A stretch of DNA of 32,000 nt from Kineococcus radiotolerans SRS30216 = ATCC BAA-149 (GCF_000017305.1 NC_009664.2:2340001-2372000); one strand, 5' to 3'. Numbered from the stretch's first letter, positions 18,179 to 24,774 are shown. Made by a program: numbers and translations. The notes: generated by a model from the letters alone, not told the origin.

Positions 18179-18916
18179 ATGACCAGCGAGACGATCGACC
18201 CCCCCGGGAACGCCCCGGTGCCCCGCCCGCAGGGGCTGGTACCCCTCGAGGAGGCCTTCGCCGAGCTCGGCCGCCTCGTCGTCGGGACCCGGCCGCTGGG
18301 GGAGGTCATGACCCGCGTCGCCGAGCTCGTCCAGGCCTGCGTCCCCGGGGCCGACGAGGTCTCGGTGACCCTGCTGCAGGGCAAGGCCCGCACGGTCGCC
18401 TTCACCGGCCGGCTCGCCATCGACCTCGACGAGCGCCAGTACGAGGAGGGCTTCGGCCCCTGCATCGACGCCGCGGACTCCGGTCAGGTGCTGCGCATCG
18501 ACGACACCGCCCACGACGAGACCTACCCCGAGTTCGCCGCGGTCGCCGCCCGCCGCGGCGTGCGCAGCACCCTCTCGGTGGGGCTGCCGATGCCGCAGGG
18601 CGTCCTCGGCGGGATCAACGTCTACCGGACGTCCCACCCGCCCCTGGACGCCGCGGCGCTGGAGCTGCTGCGGGACTTCGCCGGCTACGCCGCCGTCGCC
18701 CTGGCCAACCACTCCCTGTACGCGGCGGCGGTCTCGCGCAGCGAGCACCTGCAGACCGCGATGCAGTCCCGCGCCGTCATCGAGCAGGCCAAGGGCGTCA
18801 TCATGGCGCGCCTGGGCTGCACCGCCGACGAGGCCTTCCAGCACCTCGCGACGCAGTCGCAGAACGCCAACCGCAAGCTGCGCGACCTCGCCGAGGAGGT
18901 CGTCGCCCGCGTCTGA
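18179..18916 (+). CDS. GAF domain / ANTAR domain RNA-binding regulator
   Basis: The GAF segment is ADEVSVTLLQGKARTVAFTG...YEEGFGPCIDAADSGQVLRIDD...LGGINVY. The canonical ANTAR segment is LQTAMQSRAVIEQAKGVIMARLGCTADEAFQHLATQSQNANRKLRDLAEEVV. The start is at ATG 18179. Confidence 0.85.
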   Translation: MTSETIDPPGNAPVPRPQGLVPLEEAFAELGRLVVGTRPLGEVMTRVAELVQACVPGADEVSVTLLQGKARTVAFTGRLAIDLDERQYEEGFGPCIDAADSGQVLRIDDTAHDETYPEFAAVAARRGVRSTLSVGLPMPQGVLGGINVYRTSHPPLDAAALELLRDFAGYAAVALANHSLYAAAVSRSEHLQTAMQSRAVIEQAKGVIMARLGCTADEAFQHLATQSQNANRKLRDLAEEVVARV

Positions 18917-18919
18917 GCC

Positions 18920-18937
18920 CCCGCCCCGCGGGGCGGG
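18920..18937. terminator. 18-bp perfect GC palindrome CCCGCCCCG|CGGGGCGGG, 4 nt after the ANTAR gene stop
   Basis: I read it directly. It lies between convergent genes. There is no U-tract. Confidence 0.4.
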
Positions 18938-18973
18938 TCAGCGGGCCGGGTCAGCGGGGCGGGTCAGCGGGGC
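18935..18973. repeat. 13-bp tandem repeat x3 (GGGTCAGCGGGCC / GGGTCAGCGGGGC / GGGTCAGCGGGGC)
   Basis: I read it directly. Each unit carries TCA (TGA on the minus strand) at 18938-40, 18951-53 and 18964-66, which puts one stop in each of the three minus-strand frames. Confidence 0.85.
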
Positions 18974-19373
18974 GGGCCGGGGGGCGGTAGCCGCCGTCCT
19001 CCAGCCCGGCCCACCGCTCGAAGACGTTGCGGTGCGGGCGGTTCGCGGTCACCAGGGCGTTCAGCCCGTACAGCGCGAGGAACGGGACGGTGCCCAGGAG
19101 GGCGTACTGGTCGGCGTGGCGCAGCTCGTGGCGGCGCCGGCGCTCGCCCCCGAGGCCGCCGTGCAGCCACACGTTGCCCACCGTCGTCCCGCCCCGCCCG
19201 TAGCTGCCGCGCGGCATGCCGGAGCACTCGAAGAAGAGGTCGGGCCCCAGGGTGATGTCGGCGTGGTGGGCACGGGCCCAGAGCAGCGCGAGGACGCTGA
19301 CGGGCAGGTTGCGCCAGGCGCGGAAGGCGATCCAGGCGGTGCGTCGGTCCCTCACGGGACCGACGGTACCCAC
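18951..19373 (-). CDS. Hypothetical 140-aa protein with an HExxH motif (HELRH), possibly a small metallopeptidase-like protein
   Basis: GC3 is high throughout. The motif context TVGNVWLHGGLGGERRRRHELRHADQYALLG is followed by a hydrophobic stretch VPFLALYGLNALV. The GTG start lies 13 nt downstream of the tRNA-Gly 3' end on the same strand. The start is uncertain (alternative GTG at 19355). Confidence 0.5.
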   Translation of the reverse strand: MGTVGPVRDRRTAWIAFRAWRNLPVSVLALLWARAHHADITLGPDLFFECSGMPRGSYGRGGTTVGNVWLHGGLGGERRRRHELRHADQYALLGTVPFLALYGLNALVTANRPHRNVFERWAGLEDGGYRPPARPADPPR

Positions 19374-19385
19374 CGGGGTGGAGAG

Positions 19386-19458
19386 AGCGGACGACGAGAC
19401 TCGAACTCGCGACCCTCACCTTGGCAAGGTGATGCGCTACCAACTGCGCTACGTCCGC
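19386..19458 (-). tRNA. tRNA-Gly (anticodon GCC), CCA not encoded
   Basis: The reverse complement folds as a cloverleaf: acceptor GCGGACG/CGTCCGC, D-arm GCGC-AGTTGGTA-GCGC, anticodon arm TCACC-TTGCCAA-GGTGA, variable GGGTC, T-arm GCGAG-TTCGAGT-CTCGT, discriminator T. The downstream sequence is CTC, not CCA. Confidence 0.9.
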
Positions 19459-19472
19459 ATTGCTGCAGGGGA

Positions 19473-19478
19473 AGCCTA
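19473..19478 (-). promoter_or_regulatory. -10-like hexamer TAGGCT (minus strand), about 14 nt upstream of the mature tRNA-Gly 5' end
   Basis: It is a TANNNT hexamer. The implied TSS is near 19466, which gives an 8-nt leader. Confidence 0.4.
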
Positions 19479-19507
19479 CACGCCGTCCGGACCGGGACGG
19501 GTCCCCG

Positions 19508-19540
19508 CCCCGGTGGCCGCCGCCGTCGCGGCCACCGGGG
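19508..19540 (-). terminator. Perfect 13-bp stem / 7-nt loop hairpin (CCCCGGTGGCCGC cgccgtc GCGGCCACCGGGG) just downstream of the AmaP-like gene
   Basis: I read it directly. It begins 7 nt after the stop at 19547. It separates the Asp23 operon from the tRNA promoter. Confidence 0.6.
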
Positions 19541-19546
19541 GACGGC

Positions 19547-20110
19547 TCAGGAGACCCGGGAACCGCGGTCGGCGCGGGCCACGCCCAGGCGGACCCGGCC
19601 CACCACGTCGGGCCGGCTGAGGACCTCCAGCAGCTGCCCGCGGACCTCGCCCGCGGCGGCGGCGACCTCGGCCAGGTCCGCGCGCGGTTCCAGCGTCGCG
19701 GACAGCTCCGCGACCAGCCGCCCGCGGTCCTGGACCAGCCGACCCCCCGCCGAGCGCACCCCGGGCACGGCGCCCAGCACCTGCGCCGCGGCCTTCGCCG
19801 GGGCGTCGCCCTCCACCCGCAGCGCACCGCGCGGGCCCGACCCCGGCAGGGCCACCTGCCCCGCGCCGCGGCGCGGCACGTGCGCGAGCAGCCACCACAG
19901 CCCCAGCAGCGCGAGGACCACCGCGAGCCCGCCGCAGGCGGCGGGGAACCAGCCGGCCCCGGTCACGTCGGCCACCGGAGCGGTGTCCAGGCTCGTCCCG
20001 GGAGCCAGGTCGCCCGTCCACCAGGCCAGGCCGGCGACCCCGCCGGCGACGAGGAGCAGCCCGAGGAGGACGGCGACGAGGCGGTCCACCGCGAGCACGC
20101 CCCGGCTCAC
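19547..20110 (-). CDS. Alkaline shock response membrane anchor protein AmaP-like
   Basis: The N-terminal TM helix is LAVDRLVAVLLGLLLVAGGVAGLAWW and a second TM helix is ACGGLAVVLALLGLWWLLA. An Asp23-like C-terminal segment follows (LRVEGDAPAKAAAQVLGAVPGVRSA...VAELSATLEPRADLAEVAAAAGEVRGQL). GTG 20110 is preceded by GGAGG and overlaps the upstream stop (GTGA). Confidence 0.7.
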   Translation of the reverse strand: MSRGVLAVDRLVAVLLGLLLVAGGVAGLAWWTGDLAPGTSLDTAPVADVTGAGWFPAACGGLAVVLALLGLWWLLAHVPRRGAGQVALPGSGPRGALRVEGDAPAKAAAQVLGAVPGVRSAGGRLVQDRGRLVAELSATLEPRADLAEVAAAAGEVRGQLLEVLSRPDVVGRVRLGVARADRGSRVS

Positions 20111-20673
20111 GAGGACACCTCCGGGGCCTGGACGCGCACCCGGACCCGGGGCGCGCGGGCGAGGGGGGCGAGCTGCGTCGCCACGGTCTCCCGCACGTCG
20201 TCGCGCACGGCGGCGGAGGTGGCCCGCACGGTCACGGTGACGGTGCGCCGCGAGGCGCTCGTGCGGGCCTCCAGCACCCCGTCGCAGCGGCGGGCGGCGC
20301 CGGAGGCCAGCCGCGCCACGTCGCGCACGCCCAGGTGCACCCCGGGCGTCGCGGCCAGCGCGACCGCCTTCCGGGACCGGCGGCTCAGGCCGGTCGCCAC
20401 GCACCAGGCGCCGAGGACGACCGCCGCGCAGGACGCGACGACCACCGCGACCGAGGGGGCGAGGCCGTCGAGGGCGTCGGCGGCCGCGGTGAGCCAGGAC
20501 GTCCCGCTCGCCCAGCCGAGCCCGAGGGCCGCCTCGCGGCCCACCACCACGGCCAGCGCCAGCAGCAGCACGGCCAGGACGGGACCGAGGGCGCCGACGC
20601 GCCCGGCCCCGGTGCGCGCGCCGGCCGCGCGCGCCGCCGCCGCGGTCGTGGTCGTCGTGGTCGTCGTCGTCAC
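20107..20673 (-). CDS. DUF6286-type membrane protein of Asp23 loci, with an N-terminal Thr9 tract
   Basis: The product starts VTTTTTTTTTAAAARAAG and has two TM segments (LGPVLAVLLLALAVVVG and VAVVVASCAAVVLGAWCVA), followed by an Asp23-like C-terminus (RRTVTVTVRATSAAVRDDVRETVATQL). GTG 20673 is preceded by GAGGAGG. GTGA overlaps occur at both ends. Confidence 0.6.
   Translation of the reverse strand: MTTTTTTTTTAAAARAAGARTGAGRVGALGPVLAVLLLALAVVVGREAALGLGWASGTSWLTAAADALDGLAPSVAVVVASCAAVVLGAWCVATGLSRRSRKAVALAATPGVHLGVRDVARLASGAARRCDGVLEARTSASRRTVTVTVRATSAAVRDDVRETVATQLAPLARAPRVRVRVQAPEVSS
20644..20670 (-). repeat. Imperfect trinucleotide repeat (ACG/ACC)x9 encoding Thr9
   Basis: I read it directly. 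It covers codons 2-10 of the DUF6286-type gene. Confidence 0.8.
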
Positions 20674-21080
20674 AGGACCCTCCTCGCGGTGTCCGGTCGA
20701 TCGGTCAGGTAGGTGGCCACGACCACCGACACGTCGTCGACGGTCATCCCGGCCAGCCGGTCCAGGGCCTCGCCCACCGCGTCCCGCACCCGGGCCGCCA
20801 CCTGCGGCGCGGGGTGCGGCCACACGGCCGCCACCTCGACCCGGACCCGGGTGCGGTGCCCGGCGACGGTCGCGTCGACGTCGGGGTAGGAGCGCCCCAG
20901 GACGCCGTCGACGACCCCGGACACGGTGGCCGCGGCGGTCCTCGGGTGGGCGGTGCCGGTCCGCCGGGTGCCCGGGACGAGCGCGGCGGCCTCGGCGATG
21001 CGGGCGACGGCGCGCTCGGAGACGACCAGCCGCCCCCGGGTGCCCGGGTCGGTGCGGGGGGCGGCGAGCAGGTCAGCCAC
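20670..21080 (-). CDS. Asp23/Gls24 family envelope stress response protein
   Basis: 136 aa. The segments GRLVVSERAVARIAEAAALVPG, VDATVAGHRTRVRVEVAAVWPHPAPQVAARVRDAVGEALDRLAGMTVDDVSVVV are typical of the Asp23 family. Confidence 0.8.
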   Translation of the reverse strand: MADLLAAPRTDPGTRGRLVVSERAVARIAEAAALVPGTRRTGTAHPRTAAATVSGVVDGVLGRSYPDVDATVAGHRTRVRVEVAAVWPHPAPQVAARVRDAVGEALDRLAGMTVDDVSVVVATYLTDRPDTARRVL

Positions 21081-21249
21081 GACGGCCCGGCAGGACCGAC
21101 GCGAGGTCGACCCGCCCCTCCAGGTGCGCTCCGACGGCGTAGCCGACCGCGCCGAGCAGGACGGCCAGCAGCAGCCAGCCGAAGCCGCCGACGGCGCCGA
21201 CGAGGGCCAGCAGCAACCCGGCCAGCAGGCCGGTGGTGGACGAGGACAC
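21073..21249 (-). CDS. Small (58 aa) integral membrane protein, DUF2273-like; absent from the supplied ORF track
   Basis: I translated it by hand: VSSSTTGLLAGLLLALVGAVGGFGWLLLAVLLGAVGYAVGAHLEGRVDLASVLPGRRG*. GTG 21249 is preceded by GGAGGGAAGAACC. Nearly all third positions are G/C. The stop overlaps the next gene's GTG by 8 nt. Confidence 0.6.
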   Translation of the reverse strand: MSSSTTGLLAGLLLALVGAVGGFGWLLLAVLLGAVGYAVGAHLEGRVDLASVLPGRRG

Positions 21250-21296
21250 GGTTCTTCCCTCCAGGGGTTCGTGCGGGAGGCGCGGGGCGCCGGGGG

Positions 21297-21602
21297 TCAG
21301 GCGAGGTCGTCGACGTGGACGCGGACGTCCGCGGGGGCGCCGGCCGCGGTGAGCCGGGCGGCGGCCGCCAGGTGCACCGCCTCGGCCACCTCGCGCAGGG
21401 GCGCGTCGGCCCGCAGGACGACGTGGACCTCGGTGGGGCCGGTCCGGTCGGGGTCGGCGAGGCGGATCCCCGCGACCCGGCGCCCGGGCAGGTAGGTCCC
21501 GATCTCGCCGAGCGCGCCGCCGTTCAGGCGGACGACGCCCGGGACGGCGAGGACGGTGGCGGCGAGGTCGTCGGCCAGACCGGCGAGGTCGCCGGGGGTC
21601 AC
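21297..21602 (-). CDS. Short Asp23-like protein (101 aa)
   Basis: The product reads VTPGDLAGLADDLAATVLAVPGVVRLNGG...TEVHVVLRADAPLREVAEAVHLAAAARLTAAGAPADVRVHVDDL. This is the Asp23-family pattern of alternating beta strands with a V.V.V.D ending. It has a GTGA overlap with the upstream Asp23 gene. Confidence 0.6.
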   Translation of the reverse strand: MTPGDLAGLADDLAATVLAVPGVVRLNGGALGEIGTYLPGRRVAGIRLADPDRTGPTEVHVVLRADAPLREVAEAVHLAAAARLTAAGAPADVRVHVDDLA

Positions 21603-22081
21603 TGGACCCGGGTGGTGGTCCGCACGGTGGTCTCCTCGACGGCGTCGTCCTCGTCGGGCAGGTGGACGTCGGCGACCTCGAGGTTGACCTCGGTGACCTC
21701 GAGCCCGGTCATCCGCTCCACGGAGGCGATGACGTTGCGGCGCACGGCGGCGGCGAGGTCGGCGATGGCGACGCCGTACTCGGCGATGAGCTCGATGTCG
21801 ACCGCGGCCTGGCGCTCGCCGACCTCGACGGAGACGCCCTGCGCGTGGTTGGTCCGGCTGCCGGGGATGCGCTCGCGCAGCGCGCCGACGGCGCGGGCGG
21901 CGCCGCCGCCGAGGGCGTGCACGCCGGAGACGTCCTTGGCGGCCAGGCCCGCGATCTTCGAGACGACGGTGTCGGCGATGGTGGTCACGCCGTGCGCGCT
22001 GGCCAGGGCGGTGGGGGCGCTGGCGCTGGAGGTGGCGGTGGCGCCGGTGGTCCCGGTCGAGGTGGTGGTCTGGGTGCTCAT
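21599..22081 (-). CDS. Asp23/Gls24 family envelope stress response protein (first gene of the operon)
   Basis: A Thr/Ser/Ala-rich N-terminus is followed by GVTTIADTVVSKIAGLAAKDVSGVHALGG...GVSVEVGERQAAVDIELIAEYGVAIADLAAAVRRNVIASVERMTGLEVTEVNLEVADV. ATG 22081 is preceded by GGGAGGA. Confidence 0.85.
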   Translation of the reverse strand: MSTQTTTSTGTTGATATSSASAPTALASAHGVTTIADTVVSKIAGLAAKDVSGVHALGGGAARAVGALRERIPGSRTNHAQGVSVEVGERQAAVDIELIAEYGVAIADLAAAVRRNVIASVERMTGLEVTEVNLEVADVHLPDEDDAVEETTVRTTTRVQ

Positions 22082-22101
22082 CGTGGGTTCCTCCCGTCCG
22101 T

Positions 22102-22118
22102 CGCAGCACGGTGCTGCG
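22102..22118. promoter_or_regulatory. 17-bp palindrome CGCAGCAC-G-GTGCTGCG in the 5' leader of the Asp23 operon, immediately upstream of its SD
   Basis: I read it directly. It lies 21 nt upstream of ATG 22081. Confidence 0.3.
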
Positions 22119-22269
22119 TCGAACGTGGTTGAGCGCAGGAGGACCGGTTTCGTCACGGTCACCGGGACGTGAGCTGCATCACAGCGGCGAACGGTCCCCC
22201 TCGGCGGGTGGGCCCGCCGGGCCCGTGCTCTGATCGAGCCCTCGGGACGATCGTTGGAGCAGCCGGACG

Positions 22270-22845
22270 ATGTGCGACACCCAGGGCGACGACGTCCGCC
22301 CACCCTCCGACGACGACGCCGCCCTCGCCCGGGCCGCCGCGATGGGCGACCGCGACGCGTTCGCCGGGCTCGTCGAGCGCCACGGCCCCTCCCTCTACCG
22401 CTACGCCCACCGCCTGCTGCGCGACCCCGGCCGCACCGACGACTGCGTCCAGGAGACCTTCCTCGCCGCCTGGCGGGCCCTGCCCCGCTTCCGCGGCGAC
22501 GCCTCCGTGCGCACCTGGCTGTTCACCATCTGCCGCCACGAGGTCTACGCCCGCTCCCGCGAGGGCGGGGCGCACGAGGTCGACCTCGACACCGTCCGCG
22601 ACCGGATCCAGGACCTGCGCGCCGACCCCGCCCGGGCCGGGGTCGAGGCCGCCCTGCGCGACGCCCTCGACCTCGCCCTCGGCGTCCTGCCGCCCCGGCA
22701 GCGCTCCGCGTGGCTGCTGCGGGAGGTCGAGGGCCTGAGCTACGACGAGATCGCCGAGGTCCTCGGCACGACGGCGGCCGCGGTCCGTGGTCTCCTCGAG
22801 AGAGCGCGCACCGCGCTGGCGACGGCACTGGAGGGGTGGCAGTGA
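22270..22845 (+). CDS. ECF-type RNA polymerase sigma-70 family factor
   Basis: Region 2 is DRDAFAGLVERHGPSLYRYAHRLLRDPGRTDDCVQETFLAAWRALPRFRGDASVRTWLFTICRH. Region 4 is LPPRQRSAWLLREVEGLSYDEIAEVLGTTAAAVRGLLERAR. SD GGAG lies upstream of ATG 22270. Confidence 0.85.
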   Translation: MCDTQGDDVRPPSDDDAALARAAAMGDRDAFAGLVERHGPSLYRYAHRLLRDPGRTDDCVQETFLAAWRALPRFRGDASVRTWLFTICRHEVYARSREGGAHEVDLDTVRDRIQDLRADPARAGVEAALRDALDLALGVLPPRQRSAWLLREVEGLSYDEIAEVLGTTAAAVRGLLERARTALATALEGWQ

Positions 22846-23291
22846 GCAGCGAGACGCGCAGCCCGGGCGAGGACGTCCTCGACCTCGCCACCGCCGCCCT
22901 GCGCGCCCACACCGAGAGCGGGTGGGTCGTGGTGCGCGCCGAGGTCCTCGAACGGGTCCGCCGCGCCTTCCGCCCCGCCGATCCCGTCCTGGGCCGGCAC
23001 GGGGCCGGGGAGTTCCTGCTCAACGGCAACGTCCTGGTCACCGAGCTGCGCCCCGCCGTCGACGCCGTCCCCGCCGCCTCCGCGCTCGCCATCAGCTGCG
23101 CCACCGACGACGAGCACCGCCTGCGGACGGTGGTCGTCGACGTGGCCGCGGGCTTCGGGGCCCACCTGCCCTCGGTGGGCCGCGCGGTGCGGGTCGCGGT
23201 GCTGGAGCGGCTGCGCGAGGTCCTGGGCGCGGCGGCCCCCGACGGCGGCTCGGTCCTCGTCGACGTCCACGTCGCCGACGTCCGGGCGTGA
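22842..23291 (+). CDS. Hypothetical protein, Asp23-like by sequence pattern, in the position where an anti-sigma factor is usually encoded
   Basis: 149 aa with GTGA overlaps at both ends. The segments WVVVRAEVLERVRRAF..., RTVVVDVAAGFGAHLPSVGRAVRVAVLERLREVLG and SVLVDVHVADV resemble the Asp23-family layout. There is no zinc-finger (HxxxCxxC) anti-sigma motif and no TM helix. Confidence 0.5.
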   Translation: MSSETRSPGEDVLDLATAALRAHTESGWVVVRAEVLERVRRAFRPADPVLGRHGAGEFLLNGNVLVTELRPAVDAVPAASALAISCATDDEHRLRTVVVDVAAGFGAHLPSVGRAVRVAVLERLREVLGAAAPDGGSVLVDVHVADVRA

Positions 23292-24223
23292 GGGCCCGAC
23301 CCGGCGCCGACCTCGCCCCGCGCGTGCGCCGCGCCTTCCGGGCCCGCGTCTCCGGCGATCCCACCGGGGCCCCGGACTGGGTGCGCGACATCGCCCTCGT
23401 GGGGGCGGGGCCGGGCTGGTTCGAGCCCGACGGCGTCGTCTGGCGGGTCCACGGCGACCTCTCCACCCTCGTCGGCGGGGTCGCGGCCCTGCTGGGGCAG
23501 GGCGCCCACCCGCTGGCGCTGGCCGGGGTGCAGCGGCACTCCTCCTACCGCAGCGACCCGTGGGCCCGCCTCGCCGGCACGGCGCGCTGGCTCGTCGTGA
23601 CGACCTTCGGCTCCGACGAGCTCGCCGGGCGGGAAGCCGCGCGCGTCCGGGGGATGCACGGCCGGGTCCGGGGCCGCACGGGGGACGGGCGCAGCTACTC
23701 CGCCGCGGACCCCGCCCTGCTGCGCTGGGTGCACCTGGCCTTCACCGACGCCTTCCTCGCCGCTCAGGAGGCCGTCGGGCACGACCTGGCCCCGCGGTTC
23801 GGGCGGGGCTGGGCCGACGCCTACGTCGCCGACTGGGCCCGCAGCGCGCGGGCGCTGGGCGCGCAGGACCTCCCGGCCAGCCGCCGGGAGCTCGCCGAGG
23901 CCCTGCGGGCGGTGGAGCCGGACCTCGAACCCGTCCCCGCCGACCTGCTGGGCTTCCTCGCCGACCCGGGCGGGCTGAACCGGGCCGAGCGGGTCTTCTA
24001 CGCCGGTCTCGCCGGTGCCGGGGCGCTCGTGCTCTCCCCGTCCGTCGCCCCCCTCGCCGGGGTCCCCGGCCGCGGGGACCGCACGCCCGCCGCGCGCGCC
24101 CGGCTGCTGCGCACCCGCTGGCAGCTGCGGGCCTTCCAGCTCGCCCTGGGCCCGCACAGCCCGTCCGAGGCCGCCGCGCGGTACCGGATCGGCCTCGCCG
24201 GGCCGCCGGAGTGGCTGGTCTGA
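23288..24223 (+). CDS. MpaB/DUF2236-family oxygenase-like protein
   Basis: 311 aa. The segments VWRVHGDLSTLVGGVAALLGQGAHPLALAGVQRHSSYRSDPWARLAGTARWLVVTTFG, EAARVRGMHGRVRG and LLRWVHLAFTDAFL are typical of DUF2236. Confidence 0.75.
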   Translation: MRARPGADLAPRVRRAFRARVSGDPTGAPDWVRDIALVGAGPGWFEPDGVVWRVHGDLSTLVGGVAALLGQGAHPLALAGVQRHSSYRSDPWARLAGTARWLVVTTFGSDELAGREAARVRGMHGRVRGRTGDGRSYSAADPALLRWVHLAFTDAFLAAQEAVGHDLAPRFGRGWADAYVADWARSARALGAQDLPASRRELAEALRAVEPDLEPVPADLLGFLADPGGLNRAERVFYAGLAGAGALVLSPSVAPLAGVPGRGDRTPAARARLLRTRWQLRAFQLALGPHSPSEAAARYRIGLAGPPEWLV

Positions 24224-24234
24224 CGAGGGGCCCG

Positions 24235-24774
24235 TCAGGCGGGGGGCGCGGCGTGCTCCTCGCCGGACCCGGGGACGACCACCCGTCCGAGCAGGACGGC
24301 CAGCTCCTGCGCGTGGGCCGCGGACAGGGGGGCGAAGAACGACCTCAGCTCGGCGCGGACGAGGACGGCGGCCGCCTCCAGGACGCCCCGGCCCTCCGCG
24401 GTGATGGTGAGGACGACCCGGCGCCCGTCGCGCGGATCCCGTGCGCGCGACAGCAGGTCCCTCTTCTGCAGGCGGTCGGCGATGAGCGTCACGCACGACT
24501 GCGGGACGAACATGCGCTTCGCCAGCTCGCCGGCGTTCTGGGACCCGACGACCTGCAGGAGGTACAGGGCGCGCAGGTCGCTGGCGAGGAGGCCGACCTC
24601 GCCAGCGGCGGCGTCCAGCACCGAGATGACCTTCAGCCCGGCCTGCAGGGTCAGGCGCCCCAGCTCGGAGCCGGTGACGGGGTCCACGGCGATCACGTCG
24701 GCCTCCGACCGCGCACCCGGCAGCTCCGCCGCACCGGGTCGGGCGGTCGGCGCGGTCTCGGGCGCGGTGGTCAC
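24235..24774 (-). CDS. MarR family transcriptional regulator
   Basis: The winged-HTH segment is DLRALYLLQVVGSQNAGELAKRMFVPQSCVTLIADRLQKRDLLSRARDPRDGRRVVLTITAEG. The start is GTG 24774. Confidence 0.8.
   Translation of the reverse strand: MTTAPETAPTARPGAAELPGARSEADVIAVDPVTGSELGRLTLQAGLKVISVLDAAAGEVGLLASDLRALYLLQVVGSQNAGELAKRMFVPQSCVTLIADRLQKRDLLSRARDPRDGRRVVLTITAEGRGVLEAAAVLVRAELRSFFAPLSAAHAQELAVLLGRVVVPGSGEEHAAPPA

Noticed and set aside
18935-18973. Possible CRISPR or minisatellite
   Set aside because: There are only three directly abutting 13-bp units with no spacers, so this is not CRISPR architecture. I kept it as a simple tandem repeat.
15830-18990. 1004-aa (-) and 1026-aa (+) ORFs covering the second PP2C gene and the GAF-ANTAR gene
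   Set aside because: These are alternate-frame or antisense artefacts of the same kind. The real frame (15950-18010) has recognisable PAS/GAF/PP2C motifs, and these do not.
18951-19546. tRNA-Gly as an integration site for a genomic island
   Set aside because: No integrase, excisionase or transposase is nearby. I saw no direct repeat of the tRNA 3' half elsewhere in the window, and there is no compositional break on either side.
22120-22200. ECF-type promoter GAAAC…CGTT on the minus strand upstream of the Asp23 operon
   Set aside because: The spacer between the two elements is about 21 nt, against the 16-18 nt typical of ECF promoters. I did not call it.
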